A stretch of DNA of 64,000 bases from an uncultured Chlamydiae bacterium (GCA_963754655.1 CAVWGN010000001.1:1728001-1792000), one strand, 5' to 3'. Shown: positions 30,517 through 41,548, counted from the stretch's first letter. Program-made: numbers and translations. The notes: a model not told the origin generated them from the sequence alone.

Positions 30517-30843
30517 GAAATTGAAGGGAAATCTTATCTTAGCCCTTGTCAGAATTTTAGTAAATTTTTTCTAAGACCTTTCCCAATATTTTATAGATCA
30601 AAAGCTTTGTACATATGGCGCGCAGACTCCAGCGGTAGGATGAAAAGGCAATGTTTTAATCATAATAGTCCGATGAAAAAAATTTAAATATTAACTAGGA
30701 CCTTTTAGCATCATTTATTATCACCAAAATAATTTTAAATTTGAATTAAATTTAAAAATCCAATAGTCAGTTTAATTCTCATTGCTTTAAAAAGAAGAGA
30801 ATTTTAAAATAACCTATCCTTACCCATTCTAGCATTCAACAAT

Positions 30844-33048
30844 ATGAATATCAATTTTAGTCTGCTATCCAACAATTCAGTTTATTTTTTTAAAGAAAGA
30901 GTCCTTCCCATTCTAACTGCCCAGCAAAAAAAAATAATCGCAATTGCTTCTATTGCTTTTGGATGTTTAGCAGCTTATTACATTTGGAGCCATTTTTATT
31001 CTAAAATTCAGATCCCCAAAGAAAGTGAAAATAATGAGGATTTTGATTCTATAGATTTTCAAACCAATAAGAGTGTTCATCCAAAAAAAGGAGTGGATAT
31101 TCAAGCCAAGGTTTTCTTTTCCCCCAAAAAGGAGGAAGAGTTCCTTGATTCTTTACAGGATGATAAAGAAGAGATACAAACACTTAATCTGAATAATAAT
31201 ATATATCAGGATGAAGTTAAAGATGGCAAATCGCCTGTAAGAGGAAACATAGGCGAAGATGAATGTAAAGATAACGAATTAAATGGTCAGGGAAAGATAG
31301 TAAAGTCTAATGGAATGATATTCGAAGGTGAATTTAAGGATGGCACATTAAATGGTCAGGGAAAAATAATATCGCGTACTGGAATGATGTTAGAAGGCGA
31401 ATTTAAAGATGGCAAATTAAATGGTCAGGGAAAGATAGTAGAGTCTAATGGAATGATATTCGAAGGCGAATTTAAAGATGGCGCATTAAATGGTCAGGGA
31501 AAGATAATAGTGCATACTGAAATGATATTAGAAGGCGAATTTAAAGATGGCATATTAAATGGTCAGGGAAAGATAATATTGCATACTGGAACGATATTAG
31601 AAGGCGAATTTAAAAATGGCAGATTAAATGGTCAGGGAACGGCAATACTTCTTAAAGGAAGAATAGAAGGTGAATTTAAAAATAACAAATTAAATGGTCA
31701 GGGAAAGATAATACTTTTTGATGGAACAAAAGTAGAAGAAGGTGAATTTAAAGATGACAAATTAAATGGTCAGGGAAAGGTAACATTTTCTAGTGGGAGA
31801 GTAGAAGAAGGTGAATTTAAAGATGACAAATTAAATGGTCAGGGAAAGGTAACATTTTCTAGTGGGAGAGTAGAAGAAGGTGACTTTAAATCAAATAAAC
31901 TTTACAGTAGCATTCATCTACAGATTAAGACTTCAAAGCCACAATTTACGTTCAACTCCATTCCCCCAATTAAAAGTAGCTTACAATTCAGTGATTTTCA
32001 AAATTCTCTTTTAAATTTATCCGATAATCTTGGACCGACTTCAACAGGAATAACAGAAAGCTACGTCTGGTATATGCGCAAGCTCATTTTTGGTTTCTCT
32101 ATAGGGCAAAAACAAAAACTGACAGAAATTAGCTCGCACAGTGGAATAAAATTAAAAAAATTAAAAAAAATATTACAGGGATCTACTAGCACAATTCAAA
32201 TGGGATATATTGCTCGTCATATAGATGAATTAATTTCTCAACTTAATTCTAAAAAATGTGATGAAATTGATACAAAGTATATGGACAGCCTGCAAAAACT
32301 TCAAGCCGCTTTACAATGCAGTTTACCTATCGCTCTTATGCTCCATTATATTAATAGCAACAAAATTGATGATCAAGTTTTAGAACAAGTGGCAAATGAT
32401 ATTTGCGAAGAATTAGATCAAATGAAACCAGGCGCGCAACTCCTTCTCCCAATAGAAAGCAAAAATCATGCTATGTTATTAACTTTTCAAAAAATGAAAG
32501 ATGATACTCTTTTGCCAATTTTTTATAATACAGGTTATGGAATTAAGAATCATATTACAACAGGCTTAAGATTAGAAGATTTAATTGATCATTTAAATAC
32601 AAAAAGAAATTATTACCCTACTTATATTAAATATTGTCCTATTGACTTAAAAAGTCATCAAATGCAATTTAAAACAATGCTAATAGATCTATTAAACTTA
32701 CGAAATGGAACAGAGGTAAAAAAGGGATATTCAATTTTAGAAGCAACCTTCGGAAAGGGAAATAAAGGTCCTACAAGGCCTGCTCAAATCAATGGCGTTT
32801 GTTCTTTTCAAGTTTTGACTGAAGCATTTAAAAATATTCTAGGTTCAAAGTCGATCTATAATACTTATAAGCTTGATCTTCTGAGTTCTATTCAAGAGGA
32901 ATTCCAAGAAATCACTGATGGCATGAAGCTTCTAATGTGTGAAAATGATCAAATGAAAAGTTTTTACAAATTGCATCAGATTTTGTTAAAAGAGAACCAA
33001 AATCAAATAGATCTTACAAAGCAAAAGCTCGCTTTAATCGCTTCCTAG
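30844..33048 (+). CDS. TM-anchored MORN-repeat protein with C-terminal putative cysteine protease domain
   Basis: ~9 EGEFKDGxLNGQGKI 23-aa repeats; NHAMLL...FYNTGYG...AQINGVCS. Confidence 0.8.
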   Translation: MNINFSLLSNNSVYFFKERVLPILTAQQKKIIAIASIAFGCLAAYYIWSHFYSKIQIPKESENNEDFDSIDFQTNKSVHPKKGVDIQAKVFFSPKKEEEFLDSLQDDKEEIQTLNLNNNIYQDEVKDGKSPVRGNIGEDECKDNELNGQGKIVKSNGMIFEGEFKDGTLNGQGKIISRTGMMLEGEFKDGKLNGQGKIVESNGMIFEGEFKDGALNGQGKIIVHTEMILEGEFKDGILNGQGKIILHTGTILEGEFKNGRLNGQGTAILLKGRIEGEFKNNKLNGQGKIILFDGTKVEEGEFKDDKLNGQGKVTFSSGRVEEGEFKDDKLNGQGKVTFSSGRVEEGDFKSNKLYSSIHLQIKTSKPQFTFNSIPPIKSSLQFSDFQNSLLNLSDNLGPTSTGITESYVWYMRKLIFGFSIGQKQKLTEISSHSGIKLKKLKKILQGSTSTIQMGYIARHIDELISQLNSKKCDEIDTKYMDSLQKLQAALQCSLPIALMLHYINSNKIDDQVLEQVANDICEELDQMKPGAQLLLPIESKNHAMLLTFQKMKDDTLLPIFYNTGYGIKNHITTGLRLEDLIDHLNTKRNYYPTYIKYCPIDLKSHQMQFKTMLIDLLNLRNGTEVKKGYSILEATFGKGNKGPTRPAQINGVCSFQVLTEAFKNILGSKSIYNTYKLDLLSSIQEEFQEITDGMKLLMCENDQMKSFYKLHQILLKENQNQIDLTKQKLALIAS

Positions 33049-34205
33049 AAACTTGCATTCCCATCCATCCTCTCAACAGCGTTAGCCAACATAGGAGATA
33101 GGTTCAAAGGTTGCATCACAGCCGCTTTTAGCTGTGTAGACTGTCTTTCTAAAACCGGTGTGTTAAAAAATTGCATGGGCCATCCTTCTGCGGCTTTCGT
33201 CTTTAGATTTTCAAGTTGTTTGGCAAATTCTAAATCAATTGATGAAAGCCTTACAATCCCTCCCTCGTGCAATACCCAGGGATCAACACCACGATTTCTA
33301 AATTTCACAATAAAATGCGCCTCTGAAGGAGCAACTAGCTGATAGTAGTCTTTCGCATGCATAAGCTTATGCATGCTTTCTTGAATAAAAGGCTCTGTTG
33401 AAGAAAAAATTTTATTCCATACATCTTGATCTATTCCAAAATGAATGTCTTTCCAGGAAAGTAATCCGATATCCAGAGCCTTATGCATGGCATCCGCAAG
33501 CCAACGAGAGGTTAGATGATTCTCTGAGCTTCCCCAACAATCCAACGTCATAAATAGGGAAAATTGGGCAAGCTTTTTAGCAAGATCGAGTTTTGTTATT
33601 AGCCACTTTCCTTCAACAAAATGAACATCTTCATACAGCTCTATCGCCTCTTCTTTTGTTAAAAATCCTTGGTAATAGGCTCCCTGAAGATTATAATCAA
33701 TTCGATCTGCGCAAAGATTGGGAAGTTGCTGCTCAAGCATTTGAAATTTGCTTCCTTTGGGAGGAACCTGATTGAGCGTATATCCATGCTTGATCAAGAT
33801 CTCTTCAATGCCTGCATAAGACAAATACAATTGATGAATTGTGTTTTGATAATCTTCTTCTTGATACTCTTTGCCAAACAACCAATCACCCACATGTGAA
33901 AAAACCGTGTGGGAGACATCATGCAAAAGACCAGAGATTTGTTCCTCCATTGAGGCTCCATTTTTTCGCAAAACTGCAAAAACACCTAGAGAATGATCAT
34001 AACGATTGTATTCTTCCGGATGCGTTTGGGTGTAATAAGAAACCCCATATTGATGGATAGATTTTAATCTTTGTAATGCTGGACAATGAATCAATTCAAC
34101 GAGAATAGGCTCTTCGACATTGACTGGGCCATAAAATGTCTGAATCGTTTCCGCAAAAATTGAAAAAAAATAGAAGGTAAAACAAAGAAAAACTCTGCAG
34201 AACAT
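33045..34205 (-). CDS. HD-domain phosphohydrolase (dNTPase-like)
   Basis: LQRLKSIHQ, RYDHSLGV, LLHDVSHTVFSH, ADRIDY. Confidence 0.9.
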   Translation of the reverse strand: MFCRVFLCFTFYFFSIFAETIQTFYGPVNVEEPILVELIHCPALQRLKSIHQYGVSYYTQTHPEEYNRYDHSLGVFAVLRKNGASMEEQISGLLHDVSHTVFSHVGDWLFGKEYQEEDYQNTIHQLYLSYAGIEEILIKHGYTLNQVPPKGSKFQMLEQQLPNLCADRIDYNLQGAYYQGFLTKEEAIELYEDVHFVEGKWLITKLDLAKKLAQFSLFMTLDCWGSSENHLTSRWLADAMHKALDIGLLSWKDIHFGIDQDVWNKIFSSTEPFIQESMHKLMHAKDYYQLVAPSEAHFIVKFRNRGVDPWVLHEGGIVRLSSIDLEFAKQLENLKTKAAEGWPMQFFNTPVLERQSTQLKAAVMQPLNLSPMLANAVERMDGNASF

Positions 34206-34262
34206 AAGTCAAATCCTGATAAAATAGATAGAAGACAAATAAAAATATCAAAACAATTGAAA

Positions 34263-35384
34263 TTAGAAAAGGGAATTTATTGATGCCTTGGCATTACGAT
34301 TCATTAGCATAGCATCTGCTAAGACAAGAGCAAACATCGCTTCTACCACAGGAACAGCCCGAATAGCAACACACGGATCATGACGCGATCCCTTAGGTAG
34401 CGAGAACGTTTGCGCTTGACCTTGAAAATCGACTGTCGTTTGACTTTTACCTATGCTAGAAGTAGGCTTAAAAGGAACACGAATGAAAATTGGCATTCCA
34501 TTGGAAATTCCCCCTAGAGTCCCCCCTGCATGATGACTGGACAACTCTATTTTTTCATTTTTAACATAAAAGAGATCATTATGCTGCGATCCTTTCATGC
34601 TTGCAGCAGCACAGCCCTCCCCTATCTCAAATCCTTTAGACGCAGGCAAAGAAAGCATCGCCTTAGCTAAGTTGGCTTCTAATTTTTCATAAATCGGATC
34701 TCCCCATCCAACAGGAACATTGAAAGCAATAGCCTCGACAACGCCGCCAAGAGAGTCTTGCTCTTGCTGAGCTTGAGCAAGAGCAGTTTGCATTTTTTCC
34801 GTCGCCTGAACGTCTGGACAAAATAATGGACTTGCTCTCACACAACCTTGTAACTCTCCTTCCCTTTCTAACACGTCTGATAATGTAAAATTTGCCTGAA
34901 AGGAGCCTATCGCTCTTAAATAGGCGACCACCCGCACACCAACGTCTGATAACATTTGTTTTGCAATAGCTCCGGCTGCTACTCGGCAAGCTGTTTCGCG
35001 AGCAGATGCACGACCTCCACCCCGGTAGTCATAGCAACCATATTTTTGCATATAAGTATAATTGGCATGACCTGGTCGCAGGACATTTTGAAGCATTTCA
35101 TAGGGTTGTGAATTGGAATCGCGATTCCAAATAATGATAGAAATGGGGGTCCCTGTCGTTTTGCCTTCAAAGATTCCCGATAATATTTCGGCTTGATCGG
35201 GCTCTTGACGAGGAGAAGTGAACGCTTTTCTTCCAGGCGCACGCCAAGAAAGCTCTTCATTGATCATTGATTCGTGTAAAGTGACTCCAGCTGGACAGCC
35301 ATCGACGACAACCCCAATGGCCTTTCCATGCGACTCACCCCATGTCGTCATTTTAAAAATTTTTCCAAAGGAATTCGAAGCCAT
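34263..35384 (-). CDS. aroC: Chorismate synthase
   Basis: WGESHG, RPGHA, GGGRASARETA, RHDPCV. Confidence 0.97.
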   Translation of the reverse strand: MASNSFGKIFKMTTWGESHGKAIGVVVDGCPAGVTLHESMINEELSWRAPGRKAFTSPRQEPDQAEILSGIFEGKTTGTPISIIIWNRDSNSQPYEMLQNVLRPGHANYTYMQKYGCYDYRGGGRASARETACRVAAGAIAKQMLSDVGVRVVAYLRAIGSFQANFTLSDVLEREGELQGCVRASPLFCPDVQATEKMQTALAQAQQEQDSLGGVVEAIAFNVPVGWGDPIYEKLEANLAKAMLSLPASKGFEIGEGCAAASMKGSQHNDLFYVKNEKIELSSHHAGGTLGGISNGMPIFIRVPFKPTSSIGKSQTTVDFQGQAQTFSLPKGSRHDPCVAIRAVPVVEAMFALVLADAMLMNRNAKASINSLF

Positions 35385-35396
35385 TCTTATTCTTTC

Positions 35397-35924
35397 CTAG
35401 ATTTTTTGTGCAATTTTTACGAGTTGATGTAAAGCATCTTGAATATTTAAATCATCCATTTCCACACTATCATCTGCCCATTTTTCATAAATGGCAATTC
35501 TCTCTTGATAAAGACGAGCAAAATCCTGATGGGGGTCATTTGAATTGAGATAGGCAGGCAAAATTTTGCGTTGCCAAATACGTTCTTTCAAAATTTCTGC
35601 TGAGGTTTTGAGGTAAATCAATAGACTGTGCGCCTTCAGGCTTTCTGCATGGCTTGGTTGAAGCAAGGTTCCCCCGCCAGTGGCCAAGACAATAGCAGGC
35701 TGAAACTTTAAAGAAGCAATCACTTGAATTTCAAGATAGCGAAAATAGTCAATTCCAAAGGTTCGGACAATCTCACCTATCGAATGAGACGGATGTCTCT
35801 GTTCAATTAATTGATCTGTATCCACAAAAGGACATTGCAAATGATTTGCTAGCAATTTTCCTAGTGTCGTTTTACCACTGGTTTGAAATCCGATGAGTAC
35901 GAGACTTTTAGAAAGCCTTTTCAT
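35397..35924 (-). CDS. aroK: Shikimate kinase
   Basis: GFQTSGKTT, DTD, FRYLE, LATGGG. Confidence 0.9.
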   Translation of the reverse strand: MKRLSKSLVLIGFQTSGKTTLGKLLANHLQCPFVDTDQLIEQRHPSHSIGEIVRTFGIDYFRYLEIQVIASLKFQPAIVLATGGGTLLQPSHAESLKAHSLLIYLKTSAEILKERIWQRKILPAYLNSNDPHQDFARLYQERIAIYEKWADDSVEMDDLNIQDALHQLVKIAQKI

Positions 35925-38695
35925 GTTCTAATTTTAGCTCCTATATGAATGAAATCTCTGATAAAATTGGGATAACTTTTGTCAATGCATTCAATCCCTT
36001 GAATTTCCGTTTCTCCTTCTGCGCTTAAACCTGCTACAATAAGGGACATCGCAAGTCGATGATCCCCATAACTCTTGACGCAAGCTCCTTTTAACTGCGA
36101 TTGTTTGATCTGCAGTCCATCCTCTGTTTCTTCAATAGACGCACCCATTTTCTTCAATTCAGTTGCGACGCAAGCCAAACGATTGCTTTCTTTGCACCGT
36201 GCAATAGAGGCATTGACAAGTTGAGTTTCTCCCTCAGCAAAACAACCAATTACCGCCAAAATGGGAACAGCATCAATGAAATCATTAACATCGATGACCT
36301 GCCCTTTTAACCTTCCTTTTGCTAAGACTTTTAAATGACAGCGGATGGAATCGATCTCTAAAATAGCCCCCATCTGCTGCAAACAGTAGATAAGCGCTTT
36401 ATCGCCTTGAACATCTCGAAGATCGACACGTTGAATGAGAAGCTCAGACCTAGTCACAAGAGCTGCCGCCAGGGGAAAAGCTAAAGAGCTTAAATCTCCG
36501 GGTATTGTGACCTCAAAGGCTGGTCTTACGCGTTTTCCTTGAATGGTAAAATATTCCAAATGATGGTGCGTATAGCTAACCTCCAAGCGATCCAGCCATG
36601 ATAATGTCAATGCCAACCAGGGCTTTTCCCCTGCCTGTTGAACATGAATTTCTGTCTGCCCTTCAATAAAGGCTGCTGCCATTAACAAAGCAGAAACTGG
36701 TTGAGAATCTTTTCCATCTAAACTTGTTTTCCCTGCTTGTAGCGGACCTTTGACAATGAGAGGAGCATAGCCATTTTCTCGAGTTGAAACAGCCCAAGCC
36801 TTCAAGTCTTTTAATCCATCAAGTAAAGGTTGGATGGGACGATTAGAGCGTATAGAGTCATCTCCTGTCACTACCGTATACCCTTCCGAAAGAGCAGCTA
36901 AAGCACTCGCAAAGCGCAAAACTTGGCCTGAATTGCCCGCATCAATCACCTGACTAGGAGTACGAGGATAGCCTGCAACCCCTTGGATAGCCAATCCTGT
37001 TGAAGTTGCCATCACTTTAGCTCCAAATTGACTAGCAGCCTGAATAGCACAGAGTGCATCTGGAGAATCTAAAAGATTATGTAAGAGAGAGGTCCCTTTG
37101 GCAAAAGCTGCTAACAAAACGGCTCGAATAGTATGAGATTTAGAGGGCGGCAGTGAGACATTTCCCTCGAGTATGCTTTTACACACGCGCACAGATGGAA
37201 ATTGTTTCGTTTTAGGTAAATAGCGGCGAATGATTTTTTCAACTTGGTTGTGGGAAATTTGAGAGCCAAACCAACAAACGAATTGCTCAACTGCTTGATG
37301 AATAAACAATTCTCTCCCTGAAATTGTCTCTCCTCCTTTGTTTTTGACTTCACGTAAAAAGCGCGTTTCAACCGGATTCGAAATGACATCGAGCACGACA
37401 ACTTTTTTTACAATCCAATCCATCGGTACAGGAGTCTCCTCAAAAGCTGGAGCCATCCCCACAGAGGTTGCCTGGACGATGCAGCCATATCCATCCTGAA
37501 TCAAAGAGGGAAGTTTTTCTAATGGTCCCCATTGAGCTTTTAAAGGAATAGCAAGACTCTTAGCATGCTCTAATGTGCGATTTAAAATCGCAAGCTGAGC
37601 TCCTTCTTGATGAGCAGCTTGAGCAATCGCTTTAGCTGTTCCACCTGCACCTAAAATCACCATTTTTAAATCTTTCAAGGAAGAGATGTTGAGTGCTTTG
37701 AGAGCTCCTATGCCATCTGTGTTATATCCTTTCCATCCCTTTGGAGTCCATACAAGCGTGTTGCAGGCCGTTAAACCATGAGGATATGGAAGGAGAGCTA
37801 AGATTTTCTCTTTAAAAGGCATTGTCACACTTAACCCTTTAATAGGTAAAAATTTGATTTCTTCAAAAAAACAAGAAAGTTCTTCATCTTTGAGATGAAA
37901 CTTCAAATAAACAGCATTCAAAGAGAGCTCTTTAAAAATAGCATTATGTGTGACAGGGCTAGAGCTATTCTCTACTGGTCTACCAATTAATCCTAATAGC
38001 TTTGTTTCTTTATTAATTTCATGAAAGCGATAAGTCATGATCAATTCTTCCGCTGTCAATTGACCGGGAGCTGTTTCTTGCCCCTTTTCTAAAGAGGCAA
38101 AGGTAAAAGGTTGCCCAACTAGCCCTGCTAGAATCCGCGTAGGCTGCCCAAGCTCCCCCATACAGATGCCACACAAGTGGTTTTTTTCTTGATTCACTTG
38201 TTGAGTGAAATTTAGCATACGCATTGCATCTGTCGTCGAATGGGCAAACGTAGCAATTTTGTAATAGTTAGCCGGTAAGCGAGAGACTTTTTGATAGAGA
38301 ATATGCAAGTTATCTGGAGTGTCAGTTAGATGATGCCAGGAAATGATCCATTGTGTTTTAGGAGACAATTTTTGCAAAGCTTGCAGGAAACAATCGGTAG
38401 TATCGGCTTCAAGATCGATAAAAGCCGGCTGACAATTGAGCAAGAGCGAACTTAAAACATTAAATCTTTCTTCTTCGTTTCCTTGAAAATTGCCTCCTTG
38501 AGAAGCCTTACGAAGAGTCCAAATGAGTGGACAGGGAGAGTGTGCTTCAACAAGAGAAAGAGAATAGGAATCAAAATGAAGTAAATTGTCTAATCGAATT
38601 TCAATTAAATCGGCCCATTGAGCAGCCTCTTCAATTTGCTTTAATAAATGGGGAAGATGCGGATTGCTTAAAGAAATACAGAGAAGACAATTCAT
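35921..38695 (-). CDS. aroDE-aroA: Trifunctional type I DHQase / shikimate dehydrogenase / EPSP synthase fusion
   Basis: IEIRLD...APGQ (AroD); SVTMPFK, NTDGIG, GAGGTA (AroE); PPSKS, GNSG, KESNR, DHRLAM (AroA) in one 924-aa ORF. Confidence 0.9.
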   Translation of the reverse strand: MNCLLCISLSNPHLPHLLKQIEEAAQWADLIEIRLDNLLHFDSYSLSLVEAHSPCPLIWTLRKASQGGNFQGNEEERFNVLSSLLLNCQPAFIDLEADTTDCFLQALQKLSPKTQWIISWHHLTDTPDNLHILYQKVSRLPANYYKIATFAHSTTDAMRMLNFTQQVNQEKNHLCGICMGELGQPTRILAGLVGQPFTFASLEKGQETAPGQLTAEELIMTYRFHEINKETKLLGLIGRPVENSSSPVTHNAIFKELSLNAVYLKFHLKDEELSCFFEEIKFLPIKGLSVTMPFKEKILALLPYPHGLTACNTLVWTPKGWKGYNTDGIGALKALNISSLKDLKMVILGAGGTAKAIAQAAHQEGAQLAILNRTLEHAKSLAIPLKAQWGPLEKLPSLIQDGYGCIVQATSVGMAPAFEETPVPMDWIVKKVVVLDVISNPVETRFLREVKNKGGETISGRELFIHQAVEQFVCWFGSQISHNQVEKIIRRYLPKTKQFPSVRVCKSILEGNVSLPPSKSHTIRAVLLAAFAKGTSLLHNLLDSPDALCAIQAASQFGAKVMATSTGLAIQGVAGYPRTPSQVIDAGNSGQVLRFASALAALSEGYTVVTGDDSIRSNRPIQPLLDGLKDLKAWAVSTRENGYAPLIVKGPLQAGKTSLDGKDSQPVSALLMAAAFIEGQTEIHVQQAGEKPWLALTLSWLDRLEVSYTHHHLEYFTIQGKRVRPAFEVTIPGDLSSLAFPLAAALVTRSELLIQRVDLRDVQGDKALIYCLQQMGAILEIDSIRCHLKVLAKGRLKGQVIDVNDFIDAVPILAVIGCFAEGETQLVNASIARCKESNRLACVATELKKMGASIEETEDGLQIKQSQLKGACVKSYGDHRLAMSLIVAGLSAEGETEIQGIECIDKSYPNFIRDFIHIGAKIRT

Positions 38696-38750
38696 ATATT
38701 AGTGACTAAAATATAAGGGAATTTATTATTTTGTCACATTAGTGTTTGCT

Positions 38751-40401
38751 TAGTACTCAACCACAGAGTTTTTGCCTATTGGGATTGCTTCAGAGGCCCC
38801 GGGTTGGGATGAGATGATTCTCTTGTAGTCCTTCAGACTACATAAAGAGGGGTAATCTAACCCAGGGTTAAGGTGTTCATTTTGTGCAAAAATGAGCTTT
38901 ATTTTTCACAATAATTGGCATAATTGAATAGAAGTCGCATGTTTATGCCGTCCTTTCAGGACTCGATGTCTTTTTGATAGAACCCAGGCCTCCGCTTCGC
39001 TGCGACCTGGGCTGTAACATGACGGCCCTTCAGGCCTTAACAAGAGATGTTTAAGTCCCTCTTCTATAGCCCCTAAATCATCTTTTTGTTAAGGCCTGAA
39101 GGGGCCCGCGGCCTATTACAGCCCAGGTCACAGCGAAGCGGAGGCCTGGGCTGTAACATGACTGCCCTTCAGGCCTTAACAAGAGATGTTTAAGTCCCTT
39201 CTATAGCCCCTAAATCATCTTTTTTTAAGGCCTGAAGGGGCCCGCGGCCTATTACAGCCCAGGTCACAGCGAAGCGGAGGCCTGGGTTGTAACATGACGG
39301 CCCTTCAGGCCTTAACAAGAGATGTTTAAGTCCCTCTTCTATAGCCCCTAAATCATCTTTTTGTTAAGGCCTGAAGGGGCCCGCGGCCTATTACAGCCCA
39401 GGTCACAGCGAAGCGGAGGCCTGGGCTGTAACATGACTGCCCTTCAGGCCTTAACAAGAGATGTTTAAGTCCCTTCTATAGCCCCTAAATCATCTTTTTT
39501 TAAGGCCTGAAGGGGCCCGCGGCCTATTACAGCCCAGGTCACAGCGAAGCGGAGGCCTGGGTTGTAACATGACTGCCCTTCAGGCCTTAACAAGAGATGT
39601 TTAAGTCCCTTCTATAGCCCCTAAATCATCTTTTTGTTAAGGCCTGAAGGGGCCCGCGGCCTATTACAGCCCAGGTCACAGCGAAGCGGAGGCCTGGGTT
39701 GTAACATAACGGCCCTTCAGGCCTTAACAAGAGATGTTTAAGTCCCTCTTCTATAGCCCCCTAACTCATCTTTTTGTTAAGGCCTGAAGGGCCGGCCTAT
39801 TACAGCCCAGGTCACAGCGAAGCGGGAGGCCTGGGTTGTAACATGACTGCCCTTCAGGCCTTAACAAGAGATGTTTAAGTCCCTCTTCTATAGCCCCTAA
39901 CTCATCTTTTTGTTAAGGCCTGAAGGGGCCGCGGCCTATTACAGCCCAGGTCGCAGCGAAGCGGAGGCCTGGGTTCTATCAAAAAGACATCGAGTCCTGA
40001 AAGGACGGCATAAACATGCGACCTTCAATTCAACTATGCCAATTATTGTGAAAAATAAAGCTCATTTTTTGCACAAAATTAACACCCTAGCCCAGGGCTA
40101 TTTTATTTGAAGCCTTTCAGGCTCTGAACATTGGACATTTTTGAAAGATCTCCTTCTATAACAATTGTAGGGCCATGCCTATTAAATGTTACATCCTCCA
40201 CAATCATTTTAGAGACGGTTAACAAAAAGATGTCCAATGTTCAGAGCCTGAAAGGCTTCAAATAAAAATAGCCCAGGGCATCGCCCTGGGTTAGATTACC
40301 CCTTTTTATGTAGTCTGAAGGACTACAAGAGAATAATCTCATCCCAACCGCGGGAGCTTTCAAGCAATCTAAATACACAAAACTAGTGTGGTTGAGTACT
40401 A
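38751..40401. mobile_element. Nested element: A encloses D (38805-40346), which encloses an amplified B (38869-40089)
   Basis: A ends tagtactcaaccac/gtggttgagtacta; D ends tgggatgagat/atctcatccca; B ends (t)aaggtgttcattttgtgc/gcacaaaattaacacccta. Confidence 0.85.
39006..39967. repeat. Seven tandem copies of a 136-139-bp palindromic unit (BIME-like)
   Basis: Unit starts (cctggg) at 39006, 39145, 39281, 39420, 39556, 39693 and 39830. Confidence 0.9.
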
Positions 40402-40407
40402 GTGGGA

Positions 40408-40450
40408 TGGCTTCAAGCCCAATAGGCAAACACTAATCTGACAGTACTAG
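40408..40450. repeat. Additional degenerate right end of element A
   Basis: gcttcaagcccaataggcaaacactaatctgacagtactag. Confidence 0.55.
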
Positions 40451-40531
40451 CCTAACCTAAGCTCTTTGAAGGTTCAAGCTAAATTTCACTTGTTAAGTCA
40501 TTGCAAAAAATAAATTTCAAAAGATTTGCTA

Positions 40532-41119
40532 CTAGGACTTTTCACTTTTTTGTGTAGGCTTGAGGAGATGAAAAGAGTCGACGAAATATTGATATTCATT
40601 AGGATCGAAATTTTCTTTACGAGCAATATATGATAACATATAGACAATATGACCATCTTGGATTCCTTTTCCCTCAACATGTAAATCTCGATTTTCAAAG
40701 CTAAATTCAATTGCTTGATCTTGTTGAAAGATGGTATCCGATAATTTCACTAAACGATTATCTGGCTTATTATGCATTAATTCTTCAAGATTTTGACGCA
40801 AAATCTTATCTGATGCTGAGGTGTCGACTTCAGAAGGATAGGAGATAACGCTAATTAAGAAAAGCGTCCCATCAATTTTTTCTGCCACATACATGTCATA
40901 GCGACGTTTTTTATCGCTATTTGGAATAGAAATATAGTCTTTTCCATACTGAGGAGAATAAGGTAACAAGACTTTAAACAAATCTGATCTAGGAATAAAT
41001 TCTTTCCAGGTAGCTAAACTATCCGCTTCTCCCTTTCTGACTAGCCAATAGTCATAGGCAGAATAGAGAGTCACACCAAGAATAGCTAGGCACACAACAA
41101 TAATTGCAATTTTCTTCAT
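40532..41119 (-). CDS. Hypothetical membrane-anchored protein
   Basis: N-terminal TM; WKEF...FKVLLP and YFVDSFHL ends resemble PsbP/DcrB-like folds. Confidence 0.7.
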   Translation of the reverse strand: MKKIAIIVVCLAILGVTLYSAYDYWLVRKGEADSLATWKEFIPRSDLFKVLLPYSPQYGKDYISIPNSDKKRRYDMYVAEKIDGTLFLISVISYPSEVDTSASDKILRQNLEELMHNKPDNRLVKLSDTIFQQDQAIEFSFENRDLHVEGKGIQDGHIVYMLSYIARKENFDPNEYQYFVDSFHLLKPTQKSEKS

Positions 41120-41343
41120 AAAAAGCCTTATTTCTTGCCATCATTACAAATGATGGAGCCTAAAGTGAAGTCAAAATGGAAATTTTGAATTCACTTTGGT
41201 ATATACTCAAAAAAGCAAATTCAGACAATGGAAAAGCTTTGTAATTTTAAGTTCATTTACGTGACTTATTGCTACATGATTTGGAATGAGAGGAAAAAAG
41301 TAGTCACATACTTGAAAAGTAATGCGCATATTTGATCGAAAAT

Positions 41344-41392
41344 CTAGAACCAACGCATGACATCCGCATGAATTTTTATGCGTTGGTTCTAG
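41344..41392. repeat. Small inverted repeat with CTAG ends
   Basis: ctagaaccaacgcat ... atgcgttggttctag. Confidence 0.5.
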
Positions 41393-41548
41393 TCAAAAAA
41401 TTATTGAGGTTTTTCTTTAAAGTTGTTATTGGCATTTTCCAGATTCATTAAACCTGTTTCAAAATGATTTTTGCTCTTTGAATAAAACCTAACTTGCTAT
41501 AAAAAAATAAAAATATTTTATGTAATCCTTTATACCAATCATACAATT

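Noticed and set aside
39006..39967. CRISPR array
   Set aside because: Units are ~137 bp and near-identical throughout, with no unique spacers and no cas genes in the window.
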